DNA from: Bugula neritina | Lineage: Eukaryota; Animalia; Bryozoa | Reading direction: 5' to 3' | Assembly: GCA_964035545.1 (NCBI GenBank) | Contig: OZ037768.1 | Location: 14,269,675-14,333,674 of the forward strand | Length of the DNA: 64,000 bases | Shown: in pieces, positions 49,277 through 64,000 of the stretch | Numbering within the stretch: position 1 is the stretch's first letter | Layout of the letters: the number at the start of each line of letters is the position of its first letter | Position numbers and translations under genes: made by a program | Notes under the pieces: generated by a model | What the model saw: only the letters and a program-made list of their open reading frames with translations | Database searches by the model: none | Told to the model about the DNA's origin: nothing

Positions 49277-50915
49277 GATTTGCAAACTTGTAGTTTAAAA
49301 GTAATTCCACAATGGTGCCGATTGCAATGTTGCAATACTCAAGCTTTTTATTTCTCAGACAATTCTGTTGCTTTAAAGCAACTGTAGTAATGGAACCAAG
49401 TTATTTTTTAATCATGTGCTGTAATATGCGATTGGTTTAAATAGCAAATACACTACAGTGTACTTAATACTGTTGTGCTATCATTAACTATTAACTTTTC
49501 AACATATAGATATCTAATGAAATTATGAATGTTTAGTTCAAAGAATATTTGTAAGCAAGCTTAAAACTTAGTATTCAGAAAACAAATAAAGTTGAATAGC
49601 AAATAGCAAATATGAATGGGGTTTAGTCAATCTTTAGCTGATTATATTTATATTAATGAAATTGATGAAAAGATATAATGAAAAATATTGCTATACAGAA
49701 TTTCAGCTAAAATATCATGCAACTATTATAAAGAATTACTTTCAGGAATTAGAATTCAAAATAATTGACATGGTAATTTGCAGTTTCCTAAATTTAATGT
49801 CATTGAAAATAAATACAAGGACAAGAAAATTTGCACATGTTCTTCCATATTAAAAATCTACTTATTGTTCTATAAATTATTCATCAGAATGTACACAATT
49901 TTCTTATGTAGTTCGATTATTTAAACACATAAAAAACGATGCCACAAAAATACAAGAAACATCAGCAAATGAATAACATTAAAAATTTAACAGGATTAGG
50001 CAGAGTAGATTAGACTACTGCGCCTAATCCTTCTGTTGAGGTGGTTTAGTGCCATTATTTAGTGTCATTAAGTAAAGGACAGCAACTTCATTGCAGGTTG
50101 TCATCATCTATCTTCTGATTTATTTCATCCATAAAATTAGCCATGCATGTAGTATGAGCCTGAGGACCAGTGAAAATACCTGTAGAAATATCTGGAAAAA
50201 ATTCAATCAATGGTTTTAATATGCACATGGCTCTGCCATATTGCCCAAGGCACACCTGCCTAACTAGAAGATTGTCTGTAGAATAATTGCATAGCAACTC
50301 TACTCTTGGAAGCCATAATCGTATAACTCTCCAGCCAGCTTACCAATATCCACCTTGCCCTTGCCAGTAACACAAATGAATTTTTCTTTTCGATAATCTC
50401 ACCAGCTATATTACTCACCATAATTTCTCCATCTAGGTTTGTTCAGGCAATCAATTAAAACCATAAGATGCAGATAGTAGAACCATAAGATTGATGGGTG
50501 CATCATACATCACCAGGAGCGCATTTTGATTCCAGCAGCAGAGACCATAAGTAACCCACGTCATAGACACTTCACTGAGCAAGTGCAGCGGTAGCCCCAC
50601 AACCATTAAGCATTCAATTTAAATGAGAGTCTTGAAGGCTATTTCTCATTTGATATTAAATAAATGGAAACAATGATTTTCCTACGACCTTAGAACATAT
50701 TTATTACAAGATGCATCAGTGTCCACTGAATTGATTCATTCATCTTTTCATCTGAAATTGTCCTTTAAAATGTCTATTTTAGATGACCAAAAAAGGCTAC
50801 CTCCGTGCATACCATATTGACGAAGCACTTAAAATTAAATTGCAGAATTTCTATAAATAGATAATTCCAGAATGAGGCCAAGATTCATCAACTTTAGAGC
50901 CTTATTTGGCTATGG

Positions 50916-63934
<13,019 letters not shown>

Positions 63935-64000
63935 CTTTGAAATAAATCTTTCACATTATAACAGTTCTTTGCTGACATTGGCTTTAAATTAGGGTAAATT

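Noticed and set aside
50088-50620. Coding-looking minus-strand stretch downstream of LENG8
   Set aside because: Frames are broken by stops, I recognise no domain, and no consistent exon model could be built; a tblastx search could revisit it.

Overview
Eukaryotic, AT-rich, intron-rich invertebrate (animal) genomic DNA; no prokaryotic or CRISPR features. The first 31 kb hold three related Ty3/Gypsy LTR retrotransposons with mutually unrelated LTRs. Element A (1-6329, +) is decayed. Element B (8163-13873, +) is young and non-autonomous, with RT, RNase H and the integrase core deleted. Element C (22991-30958, -) is young, with a near-intact pol and a gag split by a solo LTR. They flank an 8-exon CNC-bZIP (Nrf1/Nrf2/CncC-like) gene. 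Main discovery: all three elements carry, between pol and the 3' LTR, an extra sense gene for a C2H2 zinc finger plus coiled-coil protein. It is built from a 25-nt ATG mini-exon and a conserved phase-1 GT-AG intron, and in element C the mini-exon is in frame with the Pol tail. The elements also share a G_TTA_AAC -1 frameshift cassette with a covarying stem and a pre-PPT hairpin; B and C share a tRNA-Leu PBS. The right half holds CPSF4, a putative SMGGMRYamide neuropeptide precursor, LENG8 (-, 5' end outside the window) with a possible nested antisense gene, several hAT and other MITEs, a 1.2-kb foldback, RTE LINE debris and a SINE. Gene models were read by eye and are unverified by transcript data.
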